From an uncultured bacterium (GTDB lineage: Bacteria; Krumholzibacteriota; Krumholzibacteriia; Krumholzibacteriales; Krumholzibacteriaceae), in NCBI GenBank assembly GCA_963813815.1, contig CAWFAD010000008.1, positions 128,001 through 192,000 on the forward strand: a stretch of DNA of 64,000 nt, given 5' to 3'. Shown one piece after another: positions 28,374 to 37,066 of this stretch (position 1 is its first letter; every line of letters begins with the position of its first letter). Position numbers and translations under genes: made by a program. The notes beneath the pieces were generated by a model, which had not been told where the DNA came from, did not search any database, and was given only the letters and a program-made list of their open reading frames with translations.

Positions 28374-28389
28374 GCAATCAGCATTCCAA
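28374..28389 (-). promoter_or_regulatory. sigma54 (RpoN) -24/-12 promoter for the DUF11 operon
   Basis: Minus strand TTGGAATGCTGATTGC = GG-N10-GC, close to consensus TGGCAC-N5-TTGC, about 115 nt upstream of the first ATG. Confidence 0.7.
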
Positions 28390-28556
28390 ACTTCAGGAAG
28401 AGCCCGAGGTTACGAGGTCCGGAGGGGGGCGCGGGCGGGCCCTCTGGAGCCGCCGCGTCGAACGTATCTCTCTGCGGGACAATACGTTGAGTGCGAGGAA
28501 GAGGCGCGCGGACGAACGGGAAAGAATGGGGAATCGGCGGGAATCATGCGCCCATG

Positions 28557-28585
28557 AAAAAGCCCCCCCGTGCGGGAGGGCTTCT
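28557..28585 (-). terminator. Intrinsic terminator after the YHS lipoprotein gene
   Basis: Minus strand AAGCCCTCCCG-CA-CGGGGGGGCTT followed by TTT. Confidence 0.65.
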
Positions 28586-28657
28586 CATAGAGCGGGCAAT
28601 CTCCGCCGCCTCGGCTGCAAGAAAGATTGCCAGGGGGAAGAGCCTCGAAAGGGCCCT

Positions 28658-28972
28658 TTACTTGTCCCCGCTCTCTTTCTCGCCGATGTACTTCTGCGGA
28701 TCCGCCTTGAAGGCTTCCATGTTCTCCGCGCTCGCGAAATAGTAAATCACGCCGTCGAGCTCGAACGAGTACGGCGTGCTCATCACGTCGATCTCTTCCT
28801 TGCTCACCAGATCGTAAGACGGGCTCACCTTGCCGGCCCGCTCCGATGCGTCCGCCGCCGGGGTCGCGGTCTGCGTGGTCTCGTTCGCCGGGGCCTGCTC
28901 CGTCTTCTTCGAGCATCCGAACGAAAGCGCGATGAAAAGGGCGAGGCTCAGGACGACAATCATTCTCATCAT
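28658..28972 (-). CDS. Small lipoprotein with YHS/TRASH-like domain lacking cysteines
   Basis: Lipobox LSFGC; DLVS...I....PYSFELDGVIYYFASAENMEAFKADPQKY fits the YHS pattern. Confidence 0.75.
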   Translation of the reverse strand: MMRMIVVLSLALFIALSFGCSKKTEQAPANETTQTATPAADASERAGKVSPSYDLVSKEEIDVMSTPYSFELDGVIYYFASAENMEAFKADPQKYIGEKESGDK

Positions 28973-29186
28973 GGTTGTGTGCACCTCCCTTCGATCGATA
29001 GCAGCGATGCGGGTGTTTCGTGTTTCGAAGCACGTTGTCCGTGTCGCCTTTTTGAAGGTCGGAAAATAGCAGATTCCCCGGGAAAGTCAAGAAAACAGTG
29101 GCGGCGGCGGCGGCGGGTGGCGTAGTACTGTCAATCGAATGGGCGGCGCCGGACGGGGTCCCGCCGCCGAACCGAGAGGAGTCGAC

Positions 29187-30344
29187 GTGAAGCGAAACAA
29201 TATCCGGCGCACGTCCCCCCGAGCCCGCGGGAGGGGCGCGGGAGCGGACCCGATACGGCGCATCGCGATACTCACCGGCGGCGGCGACTGTCCGGGCCTC
29301 AACGCCGTCATACGCGGCGTCGTGCGCGCGGCGATCCTCGAGCACGGTTGGGAGGTGTACGGCATTCTCGACGGGTACGACGGGCTGCTCTCGACCGATC
29401 GGTGCCGCCGCCTCTTCCCCCACGACGTTCGCGGGCTCCAGACGCGCGGCGGCACGATCCTCGGCACCTCGAACCGCGGCAACCCACTCCACTACCCCGT
29501 GAAGAAAAACGGCGCGACGCGCTACCGGAACGTCACCGGTGAAATCGTCCGGAACATCCGCGCGATGGGCATCGACGTTCTCATCGCGGTCGGCGGCGAC
29601 GGAACGATGAAGATCACGCAGGCCCTCTCCGAGAAGGGCGTCCGCGTGGTCGGCGTGCCGAAAACGATCGACAACGATCTCGAGGCCACCGACGTCACCT
29701 TCGGGTTCAACAGCGCCGTGTCGACGGCGACGGAGGCGATCGACCGGCTCCACACGACCGCCGAGAGTCACCACCGCATTCTCGTCATCGAGCTCATGGG
29801 CCGCGACTGCGGCTGGATCGCCCTCGAAGCGGGCATCGCCGGCGGCGCCGACGTCATCCTCATCCCCGAGATTCCCTTCGAGCTCGAAGAAGTGTGCGCG
29901 CACATCGAGGCGCGCAAGCTGCGCGGCAGCCGCTTCAGCATCGTCGTGGTCGCGGAGGGAGCCTTCCCCGCCGGGGGCGAGAAGGTGTACGAGCAGGAGC
30001 CCGGCGCCGCGGGCGCGCCCGGCCGCCTCGGGGGCATGGGGCGGTGGGTGGCCGAGAGGATCTCGCTCTGCACGAGCTTCGAGACCCGCGTCGTCGTGCT
30101 CGGGCACCTGCAGCGCGGCGGCGCGCCGACGACCTTCGACCGCATCCTCGCGACGCGATTCGGGGTCGAGGCCGTGAACCTCGTCGCGTGGAAGAAGTTC
30201 GGCTACATGGTGTGCCTGCGGGGCCGGAGCATCGAATCGGCTCCCATCTCCCGCGCCATCAAGCGGATCAAGCGCGTGAGCCCGCGCGGGCAGCTCGTGC
30301 GCGCGGCCGAGGCGCTCGGGATCTCGCTCGGCCGCGCACGATAG
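29187..30344 (+). CDS. pfkA: 6-phosphofructokinase (PfkA, group III-like)
   Basis: TGGGDCPGLNAVIR, GGTILGTSN, GGDGT, PKTIDND, MGRDCGW, LGHLQRGG; GTG start after GAGGAG. Confidence 0.93.
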   Translation: MKRNNIRRTSPRARGRGAGADPIRRIAILTGGGDCPGLNAVIRGVVRAAILEHGWEVYGILDGYDGLLSTDRCRRLFPHDVRGLQTRGGTILGTSNRGNPLHYPVKKNGATRYRNVTGEIVRNIRAMGIDVLIAVGGDGTMKITQALSEKGVRVVGVPKTIDNDLEATDVTFGFNSAVSTATEAIDRLHTTAESHHRILVIELMGRDCGWIALEAGIAGGADVILIPEIPFELEEVCAHIEARKLRGSRFSIVVVAEGAFPAGGEKVYEQEPGAAGAPGRLGGMGRWVAERISLCTSFETRVVVLGHLQRGGAPTTFDRILATRFGVEAVNLVAWKKFGYMVCLRGRSIESAPISRAIKRIKRVSPRGQLVRAAEALGISLGRAR

Positions 30345-30368
30345 GGAACGCTCCGCGGGGCGAAGCCG

Positions 30369-30866
30369 CTAGAACACGTAGCGGATGCCGAGCCCGCCGT
30401 TGATGTCCGCCTCCGTCTCCGGCGCGAAGTCGATGATCGGGGCGATCTCGAAGAATACGCTCATGGGATACGCGTCGGTGAGATACTCGGCGCCGAGAAC
30501 GAGCCGCAGACCGATCCGCACTCCATCGTTGTCCTCGTGGTTGTCCTCGTCGAGCCTCAGGCGCCCGCCGATCCCGAAGTATATCGGAAAGCTCCCCTGA
30601 TCCACCTTGAAGAACTCGTAGTTGTGAAACAGGTAATCGCAGTGGAAATGGAACTGCCCATCCCCCTCGAACGACCACGCCGCCCCGAAGTCGACGGCGT
30701 TGTCCCGGGACGTCCAGTACTTCGCGCTGAGCCCCGTCGGCTCGCCAAGAATGACGCCGAGCTCCCAGATACCGCTCGAGGGCTCGACCGCCGCCGCGGG
30801 TCCGGCCGCGATCCCGGCGAAGCAGGCTGCGAGAACGAGTCCCAGCACGAAAGAGTTGCGTCTCAC
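30369..30866 (-). CDS. Small outer-membrane beta-barrel protein (DUF3996-like)
   Basis: AAGGAGG RBS and GTG start overlapping the upstream stop; signal peptide; LGVILGEPTGLSAKYW; C-terminal GGLGIRYVF (terminal Phe). Confidence 0.75.
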   Translation of the reverse strand: MRRNSFVLGLVLAACFAGIAAGPAAAVEPSSGIWELGVILGEPTGLSAKYWTSRDNAVDFGAAWSFEGDGQFHFHCDYLFHNYEFFKVDQGSFPIYFGIGGRLRLDEDNHEDNDGVRIGLRLVLGAEYLTDAYPMSVFFEIAPIIDFAPETEADINGGLGIRYVF

Positions 30867-31390
30867 GACGACCTCCTTTTGAAAGAGAGAACGAACCGAT
30901 GGACCGGCGCGGCGAGCAGCACGAGCGAGGCGGCGACAAGAAGGGTGTCCTCGATGAGCTTCTTCCACGCGTAGGTCGCTCCGAAACCGCAGCCGCAATC
31001 GAAGTACACGCCGAGAAAGGGCGTTCCCGACCGCACCATGCTCGCCGAGCGAAACGCGATCACGGCGATGAAAACGGCGTTCAGGACGAGCAGCGCGAGC
31101 GCCGAGCCGCGGATCATGACTCCCGCCGCGAGGGCCGCGCCGCAGAGGATCTCGAGCCATGGAAGGACGATCGCTCCGAGATAGACCGGCGGCCCGTAAT
31201 CGATCACGCCGTACGCGTGGATCTCGTCGGCGAAAAGAAGCGGCTTGCCGACTTTCTGGGCCCCCGCGTAGATGAAGACGGCGGCGAGGACGAGACGCAG
31301 GACGAGCAGCGTCCCCGGGTGAAAAATCCACGCGCCCCGGCGCGCCGCGCCCGGGGCGGCGGAGACGCCGCGCTCCTCGCGAGCGCTCAT
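30863..31390 (-). CDS. MauE/DoxX family redox-associated membrane protein
   Basis: RLVLAAVFIYAG.QK, LPWLEILCG, DCGCGFG; four TM segments. Confidence 0.85.
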   Translation of the reverse strand: MSAREERGVSAAPGAARRGAWIFHPGTLLVLRLVLAAVFIYAGAQKVGKPLLFADEIHAYGVIDYGPPVYLGAIVLPWLEILCGAALAAGVMIRGSALALLVLNAVFIAVIAFRSASMVRSGTPFLGVYFDCGCGFGATYAWKKLIEDTLLVAASLVLLAAPVHRFVLSFKRRSS

Positions 31391-31887
31391 TCGCCGACCT
31401 CCACCGGCATACCCGCCCCCAGCCATTCCGCGTACCCTCCCTTGAACAGCAGCAGATTCCGGTATCCGAGGGAGTAGAGCTCCTTGGCGAGCAGCTCCGA
31501 ATCCTCGCAGGAAAGCTCCGAGCAGTAGATCATGATGAGCTCGTCGGGAGAGAGGAGGGGAAGCACGAGGTCGCAGTAGGTCCCGAGCTGATAGTAATCG
31601 AGGAGGATGGCTCCCGGGATGTGCCCCTCGGCGTAGACCTCCTCCGTGCGCGCGTCGATCACGCGGCCTCCGCTCTCGACGAACCGGCGAGCCTCGTCGA
31701 GATCCACGATTCGGATCGCCTGCGCGTGAAGCGAATCCACGACCGAGCCGTTGACCACCGGGACCCTCGCCGGCCGTTTCAGCGGGTCGATCCCGTCGCG
31801 ATTCATCGCGTTGTGCGCGAGGCCGGCGACGAGGGCGGCGCCCGCGAGAACGAGCGCCTGCGACACGGGATGTTTCGGCAGCTTCAT
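31387..31887 (-). CDS. Membrane-anchored rhodanese-like domain protein
   Basis: IDAR....YAEGHIPGAI, YCSELSCEDS, FKGGYAEW...G.PVE. Confidence 0.88.
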   Translation of the reverse strand: MKLPKHPVSQALVLAGAALVAGLAHNAMNRDGIDPLKRPARVPVVNGSVVDSLHAQAIRIVDLDEARRFVESGGRVIDARTEEVYAEGHIPGAILLDYYQLGTYCDLVLPLLSPDELIMIYCSELSCEDSELLAKELYSLGYRNLLLFKGGYAEWLGAGMPVEVGE

Positions 31888-31930
31888 ATCGGGCCCACTA
31901 TACCGGCGAAACGCCGGAAATGCAAGACGG

Positions 31931-31959
31931 TTGACCCTTCACGCGCGCGCGTCTACAAT
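31931..31959 (+). promoter_or_regulatory. sigma70 promoter of nth (near-leaderless)
   Basis: TTGACC-N17-TACAAT, 9 nt before ATG, no SD sequence. Confidence 0.65.
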
Positions 31960-31968
31960 TCGTACGCC

Positions 31969-32616
31969 ATGGCGAAGAAAAAGTTCGACGCGAAAACGGC
32001 GCACAGGATTCTCGGAGAGCTGGAGAGGCTCTATCCGAACCCCCGGCACTATCTCGATTTCGAGGGGCCGTTCCAGCTCCTCGTGGCGACCATTCTCTCG
32101 GCGCAGTGCACCGACGAGAAGGTGAACGCCGTCACGCGCGATCTCTTCGCGAGGTACCCCTCGCCCCTCGATCTCGCCGGAGAGCGCCTCGAAACGATCG
32201 AGGCCGCCGTGCGGCCGACCGGTTTCTATCGCAACAAGGCCAAGGCGATTCAGGGGGCCGCGCGCGCCGTCGTCGAGCGGTTCGGCGGGCGCGTGCCCGA
32301 CACGATGGACGAGCTCCTCACGCTCCCCGGCATCGCCCGCAAGTCCGCGAACGCCATCCTGCAGCACGGGTTCGGAAAGGTCGTCGGGATCGTCGTCGAC
32401 ACGCACGTGATCCGCGTGGCGGGACGCCTCGGCTGGACGCGGAACACCGATCCCGAAAAGATCGAGCGGGATCTCATGGAGCTGTTCGAGCAAGAGACGT
32501 GGCGCGCGCTCCCATTCTATCTCAAGAGCCACGGCCGCGCCGTCTGCAAGGCCCCCGTTCCGCGGTGCGGGGCATGCGCCGTCGCCGCGCTCTGCCCGTC
32601 GGCGCTCAGCGTTTGA
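31969..32616 (+). CDS. nth: Endonuclease III
   Basis: LLVATILSAQCTD, TGFYRNKAK, HhH LPGIARKSAN, VVDTHV, Fe-S motif C-X6-C-X2-C-X5-C. Confidence 0.95.
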   Translation: MAKKKFDAKTAHRILGELERLYPNPRHYLDFEGPFQLLVATILSAQCTDEKVNAVTRDLFARYPSPLDLAGERLETIEAAVRPTGFYRNKAKAIQGAARAVVERFGGRVPDTMDELLTLPGIARKSANAILQHGFGKVVGIVVDTHVIRVAGRLGWTRNTDPEKIERDLMELFEQETWRALPFYLKSHGRAVCKAPVPRCGACAVAALCPSALSV

Positions 32617-34159
32617 TCCGAGCGGCCTTGGCCGCCTCCCAAGCGTCCAGCTTCTTCCGGAAAACCGCCGAAAGCGAATCGCCGGGGAACGCCTCGATGT
32701 ATTTCGCGTACAGCTCGCCGGCGTTCTTGGTGAAACCGTCCTGCTCGTAGAGCTTTCCGAGATCCGCGTACACCCACGGCATCTCCCGGCGCACGCGGCC
32801 GTCGTCGATGGTGACGAGCTTCTGGAGCGAGTTCCGCTCGCCGGTGAGGTCCCCGATCTCGCGGTACGCGCGGAAGAGTATCGTATAGAGGCCGAAATCG
32901 TTCGGTCGAAACGGCGCGAGGCTCCGGAGATAGGTGATCGCGTCGAAGGGCCGCTTCGAGGCGAAGAAGAAGACGCCCTTCTGGTAGTCGAGCTCGGACC
33001 GGCCCACGATCTTCACGAGCTCGGGGGAGTCGAGGATCTCGATTCCCGTCGGGATGTTCCCGGCGGCGCCGAGCACGCGGGCGAGCTGGAAAAAGCCCCT
33101 CAGGTACTCGTGGTCGTGGCGGTACGCCTCGAGAAGCGCCTCGCGCGATTCGACTCCCTTTCCCTCGAATCCGAGGGCGACGGCGAGCGCGAAGTGAATG
33201 CCGGCGCTCTTTTCCTTTCCCTCCGCGAGTATCGAGCGGTAGAGCGCGGCGGCGGCGGCGTATCGCCCCGCCCTGATCGAATCCTCGGCCTGGATCATCG
33301 TGTCGTATATTCCCGCGGGGGGCGGCTCGAGGCTCTTCGGCTCGGCGAGCGTCTCGGCGATCACGCCGCCATAGTACCGCAGATCCATCGGCACCTCGTT
33401 CCCCTGCGTCGCGCAGTTCACGGTGACGAGCCGGGCGCGCACGCGGGCGGAGGCGAGAGAGCGGAGAAAGGCGAAGAGCGCTTGCGTTCCGGGACGGTAG
33501 CCCGGGGTCCCGGCCGCGAGCAACTGGAAGTAGTTGAGGTCGATGTCGACGATCGCCGTCTCGTTCCCGTCGAGCGACAGATCCTCGAGGCGGGTGATCG
33601 TGAGCGGAATGCCCGCGATCGAGCCCGTGACGCGCTTCCCATCCACCTTGAACTCGCCGACCGAGGCGGGTGGAAATTTTCTCCGCTCGATGAAGAATCG
33701 CCGGTACGTGTCGATCGGCTCCTCTCCCGTCGCGGTCGCGGACGGGATCACCCAGATGACCCGCCGGTACATGCCGGCGATATAGCCGACCGTGGCGACG
33801 GAGCCCCGCTCGATGAGGGGGGATATCGTTGAGAGCGCGTTCACGTCGCCCCGCTGGAGGCCCTTCGCCGCGTTCTCGACGCTGTCGAGATAGCTCTGGG
33901 GTATCAGACCGAGGTCGTCGCCGGAATCGATGTGCACGAGCACGTCGGCCCTCGCCTTCGCGTCGGTCCACACCCGCAGCGCGTCGACGTTGTTCTCGAC
34001 GGTGTACACGTTCTTCACCGGTTTCTCGCCGATCGTCGGGACGCCCCCGCACCCCGCGAGCCCCGCCGCGCCGATCGCCAGGACGGCCGCCGCCGCGGCC
34101 ACGCGGACGACCCGCGCCCCGCCGGACCGGGCGCCGTTTCGGGAAAGTGACAATTTCAT
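32606..34159 (-). CDS. Lipoprotein with UPF0489-like N-terminal domain and C-terminal TPR repeats
   Basis: Lipobox LAGC; VLVHIDSGDD and IVDIDLNYF resemble UPF0489 motifs; helical TPR-like repeats in the C-terminal half. Confidence 0.65.
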   Translation of the reverse strand: MKLSLSRNGARSGGARVVRVAAAAAVLAIGAAGLAGCGGVPTIGEKPVKNVYTVENNVDALRVWTDAKARADVLVHIDSGDDLGLIPQSYLDSVENAAKGLQRGDVNALSTISPLIERGSVATVGYIAGMYRRVIWVIPSATATGEEPIDTYRRFFIERRKFPPASVGEFKVDGKRVTGSIAGIPLTITRLEDLSLDGNETAIVDIDLNYFQLLAAGTPGYRPGTQALFAFLRSLASARVRARLVTVNCATQGNEVPMDLRYYGGVIAETLAEPKSLEPPPAGIYDTMIQAEDSIRAGRYAAAAALYRSILAEGKEKSAGIHFALAVALGFEGKGVESREALLEAYRHDHEYLRGFFQLARVLGAAGNIPTGIEILDSPELVKIVGRSELDYQKGVFFFASKRPFDAITYLRSLAPFRPNDFGLYTILFRAYREIGDLTGERNSLQKLVTIDDGRVRREMPWVYADLGKLYEQDGFTKNAGELYAKYIEAFPGDSLSAVFRKKLDAWEAAKAARIKR

Positions 34160-34382
34160 ATCTTCTCCTCGCTCTAACTGGTGTATCCGCAACTCAGTAT
34201 AGAAGTATAGGGGATGTGGGGCGTCCGTGTCAAATGCGGCCGCGCGCGGGCCGGACGCGCGGACGGTCCGCGAGCGTTCTTGACACGCGTCCGCCGCCGC
34301 CCGTACCCTTGGCCCCGAGCGGCGCGAGCGCCGAACGCGGCGCGGATGACGGCGCGCGCATCATCTCAACAAGGAGAGCGTC

Positions 34383-35588
34383 ATGTTCCGCCACCTCATA
34401 CGGCGAACCGACTCGAAGATCGTGTTCCTCGTGCTGGACGGGCTCGGAGACATCCGGGCTCCCGGCTTTCCGAAGACCGCGCTCGACGCCGCGCGCAAGC
34501 CCAACCTCGACCGGCTCGCCCGAGAGGGGCTTTGCGGCCGAAGCCTCCCGATATCCGTCGGCGTCACCCCGGGAAGCGGCCCCGCGCACTTCGCGCTCTT
34601 CGGGTACGATCCGCTCGCCCCGGAGAACGACGTCGGCCGGGGCGTGCTCGAGGTGCTCGGCACGGGGTTCGCGCTCGGCCACGACGACGTCGCGATCCGC
34701 GGGAACTTCGCGACGGCGGACGCCGACGGCGTGCTCACGGACCGGCGCGCCGGCCGGATTCCCCACGAGGAATGCGTTCGCCTCTGCCGGATGCTTCAGG
34801 ACAGGATCGCGGAAATCGACGGCGTCGAAACGATCATCATGCCGGTGCGCGAGTACCGCTTCGGCGTGGTGCTCCGCGGCGCGGGCCTGTCCCCCGAGGT
34901 CGAGGAGACCGATCCGCAGCTCACGGGCCGAAAGCCGCTCCCCCCCTCGCCGCGCGTTCCCGGCGCGAAGCGCACGGCGGAGATCATCGAAAAGCTCGTC
35001 GCGCGCTGCAACGCGGCGCTCGCCGCCGAGCCGAAGGCGAACTCCGTGCTCATGCGCGGCATCTCGCGCATGCCGCGCGTCGAAACGTTCCAGGAGCGCA
35101 CCGGGCTCCGCCCGTGCGCCATCGCCGCGTACCCCCTCTACCGGGGCGTCGCGAAGCTCTGCGGCATGGACCTCGTCGACACGGGATTCTCCGTGGCGGA
35201 TGAGATCGAGGCCCTCCGCGGGGCGTGGGCGGGCGGGTACGACTTTTTCTTCGTGCACGTCAAGAAAACTGATTCGTTCGGAGAGGACGGCAATCTCGAG
35301 GGAAAAACGAAGATCATCGAGGAAGTCGACGCGCAGCTGCCGCACCTCCTCGATCTCGCCCCCGACGTGGTCGTCGTGACGGGGGACCACTCGACGCCGT
35401 GCGCCCTCAAGGCGCACTCGTGGCACCCGGTCCCGTTTCTCATTCACTCGAAATCCTGCGGAATGGACGACGCGCGGGCTTTTACCGAGAGCGAGTGCGA
35501 CCGCGGCGGTCTCGGGATCTTCCCCGCGCGGAACATCGTGGAGCTCGCGCTCGCGAACGCGGGGAAGCTCAAGAAGCACGGCGCTTGA
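34383..35588 (+). CDS. apgM: 2,3-bisphosphoglycerate-independent phosphoglycerate mutase (ApgM type)
   Basis: VLDGLGD, TPGSGPAHFALFGYDP, GRGVLE, DRRAGRI, HVKKTDSFGEDG, TGDHSTP, HSWHPVP; AAGGAG RBS. Confidence 0.93.
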   Translation: MFRHLIRRTDSKIVFLVLDGLGDIRAPGFPKTALDAARKPNLDRLAREGLCGRSLPISVGVTPGSGPAHFALFGYDPLAPENDVGRGVLEVLGTGFALGHDDVAIRGNFATADADGVLTDRRAGRIPHEECVRLCRMLQDRIAEIDGVETIIMPVREYRFGVVLRGAGLSPEVEETDPQLTGRKPLPPSPRVPGAKRTAEIIEKLVARCNAALAAEPKANSVLMRGISRMPRVETFQERTGLRPCAIAAYPLYRGVAKLCGMDLVDTGFSVADEIEALRGAWAGGYDFFFVHVKKTDSFGEDGNLEGKTKIIEEVDAQLPHLLDLAPDVVVVTGDHSTPCALKAHSWHPVPFLIHSKSCGMDDARAFTESECDRGGLGIFPARNIVELALANAGKLKKHGA

Positions 35589-35599
35589 GCGCGGCGGCG

Positions 35600-36991
35600 C
35601 TACTCCTTCACGCGGAAGGTCGCGGCGATCCGCTCGAGCTCGGCGATGTTCCGTTTCTCTTTCGCCGGATCGAGCGCGGCCTCGGTCGCGCACTGCACCA
35701 CGTAGAGCTTCCCGCCTCTCAGCATCATGGTCCATGACCAGCGGCCGCTGCCCGGCTCGCTCGTCACGTCTTTCCCCCTCCAGGTGCCGGACGCCCCTAT
35801 CGCCGGACCGCCCGGCGTCTCGAGGCGTCCCGTCCGCTCGATCTTCATGAGCCGGCCGCCCTGCTCGTCGTAGCGCGAGACCGCCTCGGCGATGTCCTGC
35901 ACGATGAGCTCGGCGTTCGAGGACGACTTCCACTGCGCCTCGATCTCGAGGTACCCCTCCCCCGATTGCGCCCCCCAGCGGATGTATCCCATCCGCGGAT
36001 TGCCGCCCCCGTCCAGTATGAGAAACTCGGCCGGGAAATCGAGCGTGAATCCGGGTTTCACGATCCTCGGAATCTCGCGCCGGTAGACGGCCTGCACGTT
36101 GAAGGGAATGATGTTCGGCTGCAGCCATCCCTCCGCCTCCGGCATCCTGAGCGTCCGCACGACCTCCTCGAGCGGGTAGCGCTTGCCGATGGCGTCGACG
36201 CAGATCTCGCGAAGAGACTCGATGTAGCGCCGCTCCCCGTCGATCGCGTCCTTGCCGCAGACGAGCCCCTGGCCCGGCACGAATAGGCGCGCCTTCATTC
36301 CCTCGAGCCGCCCGAGGGTCCGGAGCCAGTTGTCGAAATCGGCTCCCGGATCGCCGAGATTCGGATGGTAGCCGTTGCTGAGAAGGCCTCCGGTAAAGAC
36401 GACGCGGTCCTTCGGAACGGCGACCACGGCGTCCCCCGCCGTATGCCCCGGGCCGAAATGCCGCAGCTCGACCGTGACGCCGCCGAGATCGAGCGCCGCC
36501 TCGCCGGCGAAGAGGGTGTCGGGCGGCACGAAGCGGACGTCCGCGAGCGGAGCGAAGGCCTCTTCCCCGCGCCCGCGATAGATGTCGAGGTAGATCGGCG
36601 AATAGAGCTCGAAGGCGTCGCGCGTCTCCGCGGTCGCCACGACGGCCGCGCCCTGTTCCTTGAAAACGGAGTTGCCCCAGGTGTGATCCTGATGGTAGTG
36701 CGTGTTGACGACCCAGCGGATCGGGAGGTCCGTCACCGAACGAATCTCCTCGAGCAGCTCGCTCGCGAGGGCGGGCGTGTACCGGGCGTCGATGACGGCG
36801 ACGCAGTCCCTGCCGACGACGAAGCCGCTGTTCGCCCCGAGCCCCTCCTCCGAGGCCGGTCCGCTCGCGATCAGGGCCCACGTGTGCTTGCCCACGCGGA
36901 CGAGGCCGGTGTTCCCGATCTCCTCTCGCCCGCACCCCGCGCTCGAAGCGAGAACGGCGGCGAGCGCGAGCACGACGATCGAACGCTTCAT
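35600..36991 (-). CDS. Lipoprotein MBL-fold metallo-hydrolase with an additional C-terminal domain
   Basis: Lipobox SAGC; NTHYHQDHTWGN, GHTAGD, VFTGGL, VPGQG. Confidence 0.85.
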   Translation of the reverse strand: MKRSIVVLALAAVLASSAGCGREEIGNTGLVRVGKHTWALIASGPASEEGLGANSGFVVGRDCVAVIDARYTPALASELLEEIRSVTDLPIRWVVNTHYHQDHTWGNSVFKEQGAAVVATAETRDAFELYSPIYLDIYRGRGEEAFAPLADVRFVPPDTLFAGEAALDLGGVTVELRHFGPGHTAGDAVVAVPKDRVVFTGGLLSNGYHPNLGDPGADFDNWLRTLGRLEGMKARLFVPGQGLVCGKDAIDGERRYIESLREICVDAIGKRYPLEEVVRTLRMPEAEGWLQPNIIPFNVQAVYRREIPRIVKPGFTLDFPAEFLILDGGGNPRMGYIRWGAQSGEGYLEIEAQWKSSSNAELIVQDIAEAVSRYDEQGGRLMKIERTGRLETPGGPAIGASGTWRGKDVTSEPGSGRWSWTMMLRGGKLYVVQCATEAALDPAKEKRNIAELERIAATFRVKE

Positions 36992-37066
36992 GCGACGCTC
37001 CTTCTCATGCGAAGGGAATAGCCCCGGCGCCGGCGGCCGGCGCGCGAGCGCGAGCCGCGCGCCGCA

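Noticed and set aside
28260..28560. Possible c-di-GMP (GEMM) riboswitch ahead of the adhesin operon
   Set aside because: Hairpins are present, but I could not find the GGCAAA...GAAA...GACGCAAAG pattern. An Rfam scan would settle it.
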